DNA of 64,000 nt, taken from Polyangiaceae bacterium (GTDB taxonomy: Bacteria; Myxococcota_A; Polyangia; Polyangiales; Polyangiaceae). The notes beneath the pieces were generated by a model. The model ran no database searches and was not told where the DNA came from. It was given only the letters and a program-made list of their open reading frames with translations. Position numbers and translations under genes: made by a program. Below are positions 1 to 9,601 of this stretch, piece by piece. The DNA lies in NCBI GenBank assembly GCA_044376115.1, contig JBILLK010000005.1:352001-416000 (forward strand), in the 5' to 3' direction. Numbering within the stretch: the first letter of the stretch is position 1; every line of letters begins with the position of its first letter.

Positions 1-639
1 GCTGCGGCAGTAGCGATGACCTTTGCCGTGTTCGCCACGTTGCACGCGGCGGAGATGCAGCGCTACTTCGCTCTCTCGGTTGCGCTGCTGGTCGTCAGTT
101 ACGCGGTCAAAGATCGCATGAAGGCCATCCTGCAGCAGGCCTTCACGCGCTGGGCTGATCAACGTTTTCCCGATCGTAACTGGACGATCCTGGACGAAGA
201 ACGAGCCACCGAAGTGGGTGTGGTTGAAGAGCGTGCAGGCTTTCGTGCGTTCATGAAGTTACCTGCCCCGGTACTAACGGTTCGTCGTATGACCCGCGAG
301 CATGCGCTCGAGGAGCATGCCCGCCCGGAGACGGTGCTCTGGCACCAAAAGAAGGTGATTGTCGAGTCGCGTAAAGAAGGCCAACTGCCTTCCCCGATGA
401 TGACCGAGATCTTTCGGCTCAACCTCGGCCCGTGGCTCGCTCATACGGATGATCCCAACCGCACCATCACCTTCGCCGATCCGGAACACGGCGTGGTTTG
501 CTCGGCCAACGCACGGCGGGTCTACAACCTGAACGTGATTTACGCGCTGACGAGCCCTGGGGTCGAAGCGCAGTGGAAGCGGATCCGCGTCGTCGTTTCG
601 CGTAAAGGCATCGAGCGGATTGACCCGATTGCCCTTTAG
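1..639 (+). CDS. Hypothetical membrane protein, C-terminal part (5'-truncated by the window)
   Basis: Frame is open from base 1 (AAAVAMTFAVF...). Two hydrophobic segments are followed by a soluble domain; stop at 639. Confidence 0.7.
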   Translation, partial: AAAVAMTFAVFATLHAAEMQRYFALSVALLVVSYAVKDRMKAILQQAFTRWADQRFPDRNWTILDEERATEVGVVEERAGFRAFMKLPAPVLTVRRMTREHALEEHARPETVLWHQKKVIVESRKEGQLPSPMMTEIFRLNLGPWLAHTDDPNRTITFADPEHGVVCSANARRVYNLNVIYALTSPGVEAQWKRIRVVVSRKGIERIDPIAL

Positions 640-641
640 CG

Positions 642-675
642 GCTCAGGGTTTGGGGATGCTCAGGGCTTGGGGAT
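642..675. repeat. 17-bp imperfect tandem duplication of the pssA 3' end
   Basis: GCTCAGGGTTTGGGGAT (642-658) followed by GCTCAGGGCTTGGGGAT (659-675), one mismatch. Confidence 0.8.
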
Positions 676-1302
676 ACGCAGCGTGCTGATCATCAGTGAC
701 CCGCTGACAAGGTACATGGCTACGAGCGGATGAAAGACGAACGGGCCGATCGTATGAGCCCCAAACCAAAGCGCATCCCCGGTTGCGCCCTGGGAGTAGG
801 CGATTCCGAGCACGAGCACCAGTAGCAAGCTGGTTGGGATGGGAGTGCCCTCGTAGTACTTCACCTTGCCAGTCCCGTCGGAGAGCGCCGACGCCGTGAC
901 GTTGAAGCGAGCCAGCCGGGAGATGCCACAGGCGACGAAGTAGCAGAGCGCCAGGCCATCCCAGCCACCACGCATCCCAAGCGCAAAGGCGAGCGCTGCG
1001 GGCGCCACACCGAAGGAGACGACGTCAGCCAGTGAATCCAGGTCCCCGCCGAGCGGGGAGGACTTGCGCCGCCAGCGCGCAACGCTGCCGTCGAGCACGT
1101 CGCAAATCAACGCGACCGGCAACAGGATGAAGGCGGTCAGCGCTGCGCTGCGCTCCTCAGCCCGCACGAACGCCATGCTCGCCAAGATCGCCCCAGTGCC
1201 ACAAAAGGCGTTGCCGAGCGTGATCACGTCCGCCAGAACGAACGTTCGGATCATCGAGAACGGTACTTTGCCCGGGAGCTTGGGGCGTTCTTCGCTGGCC
1301 AC
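661..1302 (-). CDS. pssA: CDP-diacylglycerol--serine O-phosphatidyltransferase (CDP-alcohol phosphatidyltransferase family)
   Basis: Motif DVLDGSVAR...GGDLDSLADVVSFGVAPA, plus RLARFNV and GTPIP; multi-TM protein. Confidence 0.9.
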   Translation of the reverse strand: MASEERPKLPGKVPFSMIRTFVLADVITLGNAFCGTGAILASMAFVRAEERSAALTAFILLPVALICDVLDGSVARWRRKSSPLGGDLDSLADVVSFGVAPAALAFALGMRGGWDGLALCYFVACGISRLARFNVTASALSDGTGKVKYYEGTPIPTSLLLVLVLGIAYSQGATGDALWFGAHTIGPFVFHPLVAMYLVSGSLMISTLRIPKP

Positions 1303-1435
1303 CTATGTCATGTACAGAATCAGACCGTGAATGGCACGGGACATTCGACCGAAGGCAGGGGCGGTGGGCAGTTTAGCGGAGGACTCTCCGTTGAAAACGA
1401 GACCCTGCTCGGGCTTGGGCGGCTCCCGCCCGCCT

Positions 1436-3361
1436 TCAGCCCCATTCAGTTCGCTGAACCACAGGGAGCTGCAGTGCGCGCTCGCGGTCGAGGTCGAGCG
1501 AGCCGACGTGAAGCGTCAGCGGGGCTTGCACCCACTTGTAGATCGAGCGCGTGAAAAGCGTCGCGAACTTCTTGGCATAGCCCGCGAGTACCAAGGGATC
1601 GATCGCTGGAAATAGGCTTGGCAGAGCCTCCGCGACCTCCGTGGCGGAGAGCTTCTCCGCGCCGTACAGGTGAAGGCAGGTATCGAGCACCTCGAACGGC
1701 ATGAGCTCGGCCTCTCCCGATTGATTTTCCGCGAGCTCGGGGCCCGCGGTGGTCTCGAGTGTGCGCGCGATCCCAGGATAGGCAAAGCGCGCCAGCAGCC
1801 TGTCGAGAAGGGCGATGACCACCGTCTTCGGCAGGTTCGCGATCACCGAGAGGGCGCCCTCGAGGTCTCCGCCGACGGTGGTGTAACCGAGCGATTTTTC
1901 GCTCATGTTGCCCGTTTGCAGGAACAGCGCGCCGCTGGTGTTGGACCAGTTCCACATGCGTTGGCCGCGAATACGCGCCTGGACGTTTTGCTTCGTCAGC
2001 TCGGTCGGCTCAGCGCCGGCGAGCATGGTGCGTGTTGCGTCGAGCTCCCGATCAAAGGCCTCTTCGATCGAGAGCACACTGAAGGAGGCGCCCAGGTCCT
2101 CAGCGATCTGCCGTGCTGCGTCCGCGGTGCCGTTCGACGAGTAACGCGTTGGCATGTAGAAGCAGTGGAGGAAGCTCGGCATGACGGTCCGTAGCTCGTC
2201 CTCCGATAGCCCGTTGTGCACCAATTGCGCGGCGCGATGGGCGACCAAGAGCGTCAACAGTGAATCACGGCCACCCGAGAGCGCGAGGCCAAGCGACTTG
2301 AAGGCACCCGTCTTGCGGAAGTAGTCGGCGACGCCCAGCGCCAAGGCCTCGTACAAATCGTCGAGCAGCTCATCGCGAGCTGAGGTTGTTGGCTTGCGCA
2401 CCGAAGGCAGAAAGAAGGTCGAGCCTGCGGCCGGCGAGGGATAACCGAGCTGCTTGCGTGCGAGCCGAGAAGCTTCGGTGGCTGCGACCTCGGGCAGGCG
2501 CACGAGGCGTACTGGCCGCTGGGTGCTGCGATGATCTTCAAGATCGGTACGCCATGTGCTGGCCTCGCGTCGCATGCGGGTGGTGCGATCGAGATCGACG
2601 ATGCCGCAGGCAAGGCCCTCGCGAAAGCGAGCCGCCTCAACGATCGGTCGGCCGTTTTGGTTGATGAAGCCACCGCCATCGAAGATGAGGCCGTCGTTCG
2701 CGCCGACGAGATTGGCGTAAACCACCGTGGTCTGATTGTCCGAGGCGCGCGTGGCGATCATTTCGCGGCGAGTCGAAAGCACGCCGGCGCGGAATGGGCT
2801 CGCCGAGACGTTGCACACGACTTCAGCTCCGGAGTAGCAGCGGCGTCGCATTGGGCCATCCGGAGACCAGATATCCTCGCAAACCTCGACCGCGAAGGTG
2901 CCGAACTCGGCTTCGAAGATCAGGTCACCGAGCGGGACGCCATGGGCCTCGATCTCGAGCCCTGGGGTGCCGCGTGAGAGCGTGCGAGCTTCGTAAAACA
3001 CGTTGTACGTAGGAAGCTTTTCTTTGGGCACGAGCCCGATCACCTGGCCGGCGAAGACCACCGCAGCGCAATTGAACAGGTCCCCTCCAACGCCAACCAC
3101 GAGGCCGAGCACAAACACAGGCGAAAAGGCTGCCGTCTGCGTCGCAAAGGACTGTAGTGCATCCCACTGCGATGCGACGTAGGCGCGCCACTGCACCAAA
3201 TCTTCAGGCGAATAACCGCCAATCGCTTGTTCTGGGAACACGACGATCGCTGCCTGCTCTTCATGGGCTTGCTGCGCGATCTTCAGCATCCGACCGACGT
3301 TTTCGCGCACGGCTCCAACGGTGGAGTTGACGCTGGCCACAGCAAGCTTCACGAGTCTCAT
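1436..3361 (-). CDS. nadE: Glutamine-dependent NAD+ synthetase
   Basis: N-terminal nitrilase domain (FPEQ, PKEKLPTY, EVCEDIW). C-terminal NAD synthase (LSGGRDS P-loop, QNVQARIR, TGNMSE). Confidence 0.95.
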   Translation of the reverse strand: MRLVKLAVASVNSTVGAVRENVGRMLKIAQQAHEEQAAIVVFPEQAIGGYSPEDLVQWRAYVASQWDALQSFATQTAAFSPVFVLGLVVGVGGDLFNCAAVVFAGQVIGLVPKEKLPTYNVFYEARTLSRGTPGLEIEAHGVPLGDLIFEAEFGTFAVEVCEDIWSPDGPMRRRCYSGAEVVCNVSASPFRAGVLSTRREMIATRASDNQTTVVYANLVGANDGLIFDGGGFINQNGRPIVEAARFREGLACGIVDLDRTTRMRREASTWRTDLEDHRSTQRPVRLVRLPEVAATEASRLARKQLGYPSPAAGSTFFLPSVRKPTTSARDELLDDLYEALALGVADYFRKTGAFKSLGLALSGGRDSLLTLLVAHRAAQLVHNGLSEDELRTVMPSFLHCFYMPTRYSSNGTADAARQIAEDLGASFSVLSIEEAFDRELDATRTMLAGAEPTELTKQNVQARIRGQRMWNWSNTSGALFLQTGNMSEKSLGYTTVGGDLEGALSVIANLPKTVVIALLDRLLARFAYPGIARTLETTAGPELAENQSGEAELMPFEVLDTCLHLYGAEKLSATEVAEALPSLFPAIDPLVLAGYAKKFATLFTRSIYKWVQAPLTLHVGSLDLDRERALQLPVVQRTEWG

Positions 3362-3426
3362 CGCAACCTGTGTAGCTTCAGTGCCGGTCTACTGGAAGGG
3401 CGGAGCTGCTCCACCCTCGAGTCCAG

Positions 3427-4671
3427 TCAACGCGGGCGGGCGTAGCTACCGAGCGTATTGCGGTTGCGGGTCGAGGCTTCTGCGACGTTGGCGATCTTCC
3501 CGAGCAAGGCGTCCGGAGGAGGGAAGGAGATCGGCTCACCGGTGGAGCGGACCACCATGTCCCAATAGGCCCGGCCCGAAGCGATACCGCGTGCTCGATA
3601 ACGTTCCGAGAGCGCTGCTGGAGCTCGGCTGGCCGCCAACTCCGCTGCGCGAACCAGCGACTTTACCGGCCCGAAGGCGTACCGGTACTCATGCCGCGGT
3701 ACGTCCAGCTGATCCGATAGCTCTTCACCCAGCACTCCGCGAATGAGCCCTTGCCCGAGGCGCACTGTCTTCTCGGCGCGCTTGCGCTCAGCCTCGGTGG
3801 CTCGGGCCGGCGTTTCACCCGAGGCGAACAAAGCGCGACTCAGCCTGCGCGAGTCATCATCAGGGCCTTCTTCGGTCAGGCCGATCATGTCGAGCAGACG
3901 CCGAGCGTCGTGTTCGCTCGTCGGCAGCACCTCGTTGTCGACGCCGATCAGGTAGCCCGAATAGCGCCAGAGTTGCATGTAGAGGTGCACCTCCTCGTCG
4001 CTCAGCAGAAAGCCAAAGTTGCGCAGGCTGTCGATCACGACGATGGAGAAAAGCAGCGAGGTCGCGCCCATGTCGTGCTGATTGGCCGGGACGCCCCACT
4101 CCGCCTCTTTCCAGCCAGCGGAGGCCCGCAGCATTCTGCGCACATACGCGTGCATGATGCGTACACGCACGGTGATCGCGTAGCCCTCGGCGTGCAGCGC
4201 CAAGCCGTTGGGCGTGCACGTCTGTTCGACGAAGCGTGAAGTCTCCGCGAGCCGCCGGGGCGTTTGCTCGACCAACCTGCCCGAGAACACCAGCGGCTTG
4301 TTGCCAGCGGGCGACGCATAGCCAAAAAGCAGCGAGGCTGCCAACGCCAACCCGCCGAACCAGCCAACGCGAAAGAGCAATTGACCACCGCGCTCCAAAG
4401 CGCCTTTGTCGAGCCAAGCGGGCACCGTCTCGACCTCTTCGAACAGGCTTACGAGTTCAGCGGGAGCATCACGAACTGTGGCGATCCCTCTCGTTATCGC
4501 TTGGTCCACCATGGCCATCGCGCGAGCCTTGGGCAGCGCCGCGAGCGACTCTACCGCTCGATCGGCTAGCAGATCACCGCGCAGCAGCAGCACCCCAAGT
4601 CGATCGACGGCCGGCCCGAATTGGGCCCGAGCCTGTTCCACGTTAACGAATCTGCGCGGGCCAACGGTCAT
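3427..4671 (-). CDS. MpaB/Lcp-like (DUF2236) heme oxygenase family protein
   Basis: RLAETSRF, VRIMHAYVR, WGVPANQHDM and LWRYSGYLIGV motifs typical of ER-bound oxygenase MpaB/rubber oxygenase catalytic domains. Confidence 0.8.
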   Translation of the reverse strand: MTVGPRRFVNVEQARAQFGPAVDRLGVLLLRGDLLADRAVESLAALPKARAMAMVDQAITRGIATVRDAPAELVSLFEEVETVPAWLDKGALERGGQLLFRVGWFGGLALAASLLFGYASPAGNKPLVFSGRLVEQTPRRLAETSRFVEQTCTPNGLALHAEGYAITVRVRIMHAYVRRMLRASAGWKEAEWGVPANQHDMGATSLLFSIVVIDSLRNFGFLLSDEEVHLYMQLWRYSGYLIGVDNEVLPTSEHDARRLLDMIGLTEEGPDDDSRRLSRALFASGETPARATEAERKRAEKTVRLGQGLIRGVLGEELSDQLDVPRHEYRYAFGPVKSLVRAAELAASRAPAALSERYRARGIASGRAYWDMVVRSTGEPISFPPPDALLGKIANVAEASTRNRNTLGSYARPR

Positions 4672-5603
4672 TCGATGAAGGTCTCGGCGAGTGAGAGGAT
4701 CTGGTCGAGTTCTGCTGCGGATAAGTCGAGGTGCGACTTCACCTTGTCCTCCGCAGGGGTGAATTGCACAGGGCCAAAAGCGCGAATCTTGACGATGCCC
4801 AGATTGACGCTCGTGGCATCGTCGATTCCGCGTGTGAGGCTGGCTGCGTCGGCGGCTGCGTTTTCAGGTGTGCTTTGACCCACCGCATCTATGGTGGCGC
4901 CGCCCCCATCATTCAAGACCACGGTCGCGGTCAACCCGGTAACCGTTGCAGGGATCTTCGGTACGCCGCGAGCTCGCAGCGAATCGGCCGGCTCGGTCAC
5001 CATGATGGCTGCGGCCTCGGTTCCCTGCGGGTCTGGTAGGCCACCCGTTTCAGCGAAGGCGGAACATCGGTCTGCGAGGTCCACCGGCAACACCACGACG
5101 AAGCGAGGGGGCAGAAAGCAGACCACGCCCGCACGGCCTTTCTTTGCGACTTTGACCGTCCAGTTGGGGGCCGCCTCGAGCACCTCACCTGGCGGCTCGC
5201 TCTTGCCGGCGAGCTCTGCGACCAACGCTGGGATCAGCTTCGCGTCGACCGAGTGTTCGGCAAAGACGATGGCGCGCTCCTCACGAGCGTTGTTCGAAAC
5301 CACGACAGCCTTGGTTACGTCGCGCAGCGGGTCAAACTTGGAGCCCTCGAGCAGATCCTTCGCTGGGCCGAGGTTGAGCAGCTTCGCTCCGACAGGGTGC
5401 GGTTTGACCCGATCGACGAAGACCAGCGCCGAGATGCGGCCCTGTACGAGCGAGGCTGCAATTCCCATCGCGTCCTTTGGCCGCGCTGGCTCCCCGCTGG
5501 CCGTAGGGACAGCTGGGTCGCTCGGTGTTGCGCTTCCGCAGGCAGCTACGGCAAGTAGCAAGCTCAGCAACCCGGTCCACTGCACAATCGGCTTTTTCGG
5601 CAC
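4668..5603 (-). CDS. Hypothetical lipoprotein
   Basis: Signal peptide with lipobox (LAVAAC); 4-bp overlap with the downstream gene. Confidence 0.75.
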   Translation of the reverse strand: MPKKPIVQWTGLLSLLLAVAACGSATPSDPAVPTASGEPARPKDAMGIAASLVQGRISALVFVDRVKPHPVGAKLLNLGPAKDLLEGSKFDPLRDVTKAVVVSNNAREERAIVFAEHSVDAKLIPALVAELAGKSEPPGEVLEAAPNWTVKVAKKGRAGVVCFLPPRFVVVLPVDLADRCSAFAETGGLPDPQGTEAAAIMVTEPADSLRARGVPKIPATVTGLTATVVLNDGGGATIDAVGQSTPENAAADAASLTRGIDDATSVNLGIVKIRAFGPVQFTPAEDKVKSHLDLSAAELDQILSLAETFIE

Positions 5604-5697
5604 GTGCGGAGCTTAGTCCATCCCAGCAGGCCAGGCAGTGCCAGCAACAACTTCGCAACGGTTGCTTGGCTTTGATAGGCTCCCTAACGGAGTAAAT

Positions 5698-6978
5698 ATG
5701 GGCACTTCTTTGCTTCGTTCCAGCGCCGTTGTCTTGCTGCTCGTCGGTTGCACCCAGGACTTCGACCGCTTTCGGTCGACTGGCGGAGGCGGCTCAACCG
5801 CGGGTGGTGGTGGCTCGGGCGGAGCGAGTGTCGGTGGTGGCGGCGCAGGAGGTGGCGGCGGACCTGCAGGAGGTGGCGGCCAGACAAGCTGCGTAGACGG
5901 CAACTGCGTCGACCCTGGCGAGTGCGCCGATGCCGCATGCGTCAACGATGTCTGCGTCGAAACCCCGCTGCCGGCTGGGACGACTTGCAGCGCGGGTGTT
6001 TGCTCGCCCGGTGGCGACTGCGTCGAATGCAATAGCAACGACGATTGTTTCAACGGAGAGACCTGCAACGTCACCGATTGCGTCCCACCAGGATGCTTTG
6101 ATGGCGTGATGAACGGTGGGGAGACGGGCCAGGACTGTGGTGGCCCCTGCCCATCGTGCGCGAACGGCGGTGGCTGTGTGACCGCCGCTGACTGTCAGAG
6201 CGGTTTTTGCAACGGCACCCAATGCGCCCCTTGCAGCGCGACCGACGATTGCGCCGCTGCAAACTTCTGCAACGCCCAAACACAGGTCTGTGACCCCGAC
6301 CTCGTCACCGGCTCGGCTTGCACTGCATCGAATCAATGTGTCAGCGGGAATTGCGCCGATGACTTTTGTTGCGACACGCCCTGCAGCGGGACCTGTGAGG
6401 CCTGCTCAAGCGCCAAGAGCGTGGGGCCAGACGGCACCTGCTCCTTGATCGACGTGATTGCAGATGCAGACCCGGATTCGGAGTGCAGCAACGGCCTGTG
6501 CACGACTGGCGATTGTGATCCCAACGCGGCTCAGTGCGAACTCGAGGCAGTTGGAAGTTCTTGCGGTGGCGACGTTTGCTCCGGATTTCAGCTCACGGTC
6601 TCGAGTTGCGACGCGAACGGCGGCTGCATGATGAACACGGCCGCTTGTCCCAACGGCTACCGTTGCCAAGGCAACGGCAGCGCCTGCCGCACGACCTGCA
6701 GCAACAACGGTCAATGCCAGGACGCATTCTTCTGCTCGGGCAATCAATGCATGCCGAAGCTGTCGCTGGGGGTTAACTGTGGTGACGACTTCGAGTGTCA
6801 AAGCGGGATTTGCCAGCCGGACGATAACCGTTGCTGCAATAGCCTCTGCGATGACCTCTGTGAAACCTGCGACAACGTAACTGGCATGTGCACCCCAATC
6901 ACCGCCGGGGACCCAGACGGTGAGTGCGACACAGCGCCGAACGTGAATTGTGTGGCAGGCAACATGTGCGGGCCCTGA
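5698..6978 (+). CDS. Cysteine-rich myxobacterial lipoprotein with Gly-rich linker
   Basis: ATG 5698; lipobox LLLVGC; GGGGS linker; many CxxxxDC repeats and an NGGETGQDCGGPC motif. Confidence 0.8.
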   Translation: MGTSLLRSSAVVLLLVGCTQDFDRFRSTGGGGSTAGGGGSGGASVGGGGAGGGGGPAGGGGQTSCVDGNCVDPGECADAACVNDVCVETPLPAGTTCSAGVCSPGGDCVECNSNDDCFNGETCNVTDCVPPGCFDGVMNGGETGQDCGGPCPSCANGGGCVTAADCQSGFCNGTQCAPCSATDDCAAANFCNAQTQVCDPDLVTGSACTASNQCVSGNCADDFCCDTPCSGTCEACSSAKSVGPDGTCSLIDVIADADPDSECSNGLCTTGDCDPNAAQCELEAVGSSCGGDVCSGFQLTVSSCDANGGCMMNTAACPNGYRCQGNGSACRTTCSNNGQCQDAFFCSGNQCMPKLSLGVNCGDDFECQSGICQPDDNRCCNSLCDDLCETCDNVTGMCTPITAGDPDGECDTAPNVNCVAGNMCGP

Positions 6979-7007
6979 GTCTCAGCTTCCTGCGCTAACC
7001 TCCCGGC

Positions 7008-9059
7008 GTGTCGCGACCAGAGCAAGACTCAGCCTCAGGCGTAGTGATGACGAGGGAAGGCCTCGTCATCGGTGGTAACAAGGTCCCGCTCCTCGCTGGA
7101 AGCGTTCACTACTGGCGGCTTGATCCAAAACACTGGCGCGATTGCTTGCTCGCCACCAAGCGGATGGGCTTCCCCATCATCGACACCTACGTGCCCTGGT
7201 CGGTGCACGAGGTATCGCCGGGGGTATTGGAGCTCGGGGAGCAAGATCCGCAGCGAGACCTCGGCGCATTCTTGCGCTTGGTTCACGAACTCGGCCTTTG
7301 GGCCATCGTCAGGCCCGGCCCCCATATCAACGCCGAGTTGACCTGCTTCGGCATTCCCGACCGCATCATCTGGGACCAAGCCTGCCAAGCTCGCGGGCCC
7401 ACGGGCGCGCCAGTGGTATTGCCGATGCTGCCGCTGGCGTTCCCAGTGCCGAGCTATGCCAGCAAGACCTTCATCGACGAGACCAAGCGCTACTTCATAG
7501 AGCTTGGCAAGGTGTTGAAGCCTCTGCTCTACCCTGCAGGGCCCATCGTCATGGTCCAGGTGGACAACGAAGGGGCGATGTACTTCCGAGACGGTCCCTA
7601 CGATCAGGACTACCACCCCGATGCCTTAGCGCTCTATCGCGAGTTCCTGCGTTCAAAGTACAAGTCAATCGAGGCGTTTTCTGCGGCCTACGGAAATCCC
7701 AATCTGCGCTTCTCCGAGGCTGATCCACCCACGACCTTCGATGCCACTCGCTCCGAAGAACTCGTGCGCCACATTGACTGGACCGAGTTCCACGAGGTGC
7801 TGCTGGCCAACGCCATGACCGAGTTTGCGGCGGCGCTGACCGAGGCTGGCATCGTTGGCGTCCCGCGCTCGCACAACTTCCCTCCCGGACAAGAGTCGAC
7901 GCCGCTCAACGCGGCTCGCATCGGCCAGGCGGTGGACCTGATCGGTTATGACTACTACAACAAGGCCTCCCCTGCGACGCGCAACATCCTATCGCGTAGA
8001 ACCTCGGAGCTCGCCGTTCGCAGTGACGCGCTGAATGTCCCGGCCTTTGCTTGTGAGCTCGGCGCCGGGTTCCCGCCGTTCTTTCCACCGCTCGAGGAGC
8101 GAGACAGTATTTTTACTGTGCTATGCGCGTTGGCCTACGGCTTGCGCGCCTTCAACCTTTACATGGCTGTCGAGCGGGACCGCTGGATCGGTGCACCGAT
8201 CGACCCGCAAGGCAGGCCGCGCCCGTTTGCTGTGTTCTGGACCAAGCTCAGCGAAGCGCTGAATCGGGTTGGCTTCTTCTCGCTCGAACGACACACGCCG
8301 GTGCGGATCTTGATCCCTCGCAATGAGCGCCGACTCGCTCGCGTGATGCACGCGTTCGGCCCTGTCTCAGGAGCGTTCTTTGCGGTAACCGGCGCGGGTG
8401 CAAAGGAGTGTGCTTTCGAAGAAGAGCTTGGGCTCGGCTATGCACCGGCGGTTGAGGCAGACAGCTTTGCGCGGCTGCTCGAGGCGAGCTTGGAGGCTCG
8501 CGGGGTACCGTTCGCTCACATTGGCGGCGAAGACCGTGACGTCTCGCTCGAGGGCGCCAAGTGGCTGATCGTCGTTAGCTCCGGGGGGCTCAGCGCAACG
8601 TTGATGGAGCGCCTCCAAGAAGCCGCAGCGCGCGGAACGCTCGTCACCATTGGTCCTCGGCTCCCGGAGCTCGGTGGCGCACGTCGTCTACTCAAGACGC
8701 CGTTCGATCTGTCGTCGCTGAGTTCGAGGTCCGACATCGAGTTGCATTGCCCGCTCGACCCGGCGCGAGCCGAGGGGCTGGTGGGCCAAGCCATCAGCAC
8801 GCTCGATTTGCCGACGCTATCCACCGACAAAGACGAGATCTTCACCACCGTACATCACGATGCGCTGGGGGTTCCGCGCCTGCTCTTCGTCATCAACCCA
8901 ACAGAGCTCGAGCGGACCGTTACCGTCTCGGTCGATCCGAGCGTCGAGTCGGCCTCCGACATCCTCAAAGCCCAGTCCTTCAAGCTTCAGCAAGGGACGC
9001 TCGAGCTTGCCATCAGGCCCAAGACAGTCCGCGTGCTCGAGCTTCGGCCTGCTGGTTAG
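7008..9059 (+). CDS. Beta-galactosidase-like glycoside hydrolase (GH35/GH42 clan A)
   Basis: GSVHYWR, TYVPWSVHE, RPGPHINAE, QVDNEG (acid/base) and a candidate nucleophile in ACELGAG. Confidence 0.8.
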   Translation: MSRPEQDSASGVVMTREGLVIGGNKVPLLAGSVHYWRLDPKHWRDCLLATKRMGFPIIDTYVPWSVHEVSPGVLELGEQDPQRDLGAFLRLVHELGLWAIVRPGPHINAELTCFGIPDRIIWDQACQARGPTGAPVVLPMLPLAFPVPSYASKTFIDETKRYFIELGKVLKPLLYPAGPIVMVQVDNEGAMYFRDGPYDQDYHPDALALYREFLRSKYKSIEAFSAAYGNPNLRFSEADPPTTFDATRSEELVRHIDWTEFHEVLLANAMTEFAAALTEAGIVGVPRSHNFPPGQESTPLNAARIGQAVDLIGYDYYNKASPATRNILSRRTSELAVRSDALNVPAFACELGAGFPPFFPPLEERDSIFTVLCALAYGLRAFNLYMAVERDRWIGAPIDPQGRPRPFAVFWTKLSEALNRVGFFSLERHTPVRILIPRNERRLARVMHAFGPVSGAFFAVTGAGAKECAFEEELGLGYAPAVEADSFARLLEASLEARGVPFAHIGGEDRDVSLEGAKWLIVVSSGGLSATLMERLQEAAARGTLVTIGPRLPELGGARRLLKTPFDLSSLSSRSDIELHCPLDPARAEGLVGQAISTLDLPTLSTDKDEIFTTVHHDALGVPRLLFVINPTELERTVTVSVDPSVESASDILKAQSFKLQQGTLELAIRPKTVRVLELRPAG

Positions 9060-9601
9060 CGCTCGGGTCGGTAGTCCGGGTAGCTTTTGTCGCGTGCCGA
9101 GATGACGGTTGCGTCAATCGGCCAAACAATACCAAAGGCCGGGTCATCAAAGCGCACCCCCCGCGCGCTTTGAGGCTCGAACGCGGGGGTTATTTGATAG
9201 AGCAACTCGCACTGGTCCTCGAGCGTAATAAAGCCATGGGCGCAGCCGGCGGGGATATAGAGCGCTACGTGGTTATCCGCCGTCAGCTCCGCCGCAGTCC
9301 AAAGTAGGTAGGTCGGCGAGGTCGGCCGCAGGTCGAGCGCCACGTCGAATACTCGTCCGCGCGTGCAGCGCACGAGCTTGGTTTCAGCGTACGGCGCGGC
9401 TTGATAGTGCATGCCGCGCAAGGTCCCTCGTTTGTGATTGAACGAGATGCTGAATTGCACGTCGGGAACCGTGAGCCCCCGCTCTCGAAAGCTCGCGACA
9501 GAAAACGTACGCGCGAAGAAGCCGCGCTCGTCAGCAAGCTTCTCAGGCACGAGCCGAAAGGCCCCATCGACCTCGGTGGGATGGAACGCAAGCTCACTCA
9601 T
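9056..9601 (-). CDS. rfbC: dTDP-4-dehydrorhamnose 3,5-epimerase family
   Basis: DERGFFAR, GTLRGMHYQ, KLVRC, DVALDLR, YIPAGCAHGF, ISARD. Confidence 0.9.
   Translation of the reverse strand: MSELAFHPTEVDGAFRLVPEKLADERGFFARTFSVASFRERGLTVPDVQFSISFNHKRGTLRGMHYQAAPYAETKLVRCTRGRVFDVALDLRPTSPTYLLWTAAELTADNHVALYIPAGCAHGFITLEDQCELLYQITPAFEPQSARGVRFDDPAFGIVWPIDATVISARDKSYPDYRPER

Noticed and set aside
1330..1348. TGGCACG as a possible sigma54 promoter
   Set aside because: No TTGC-like -12 element at the correct spacing and no plus-strand gene or terminator downstream.
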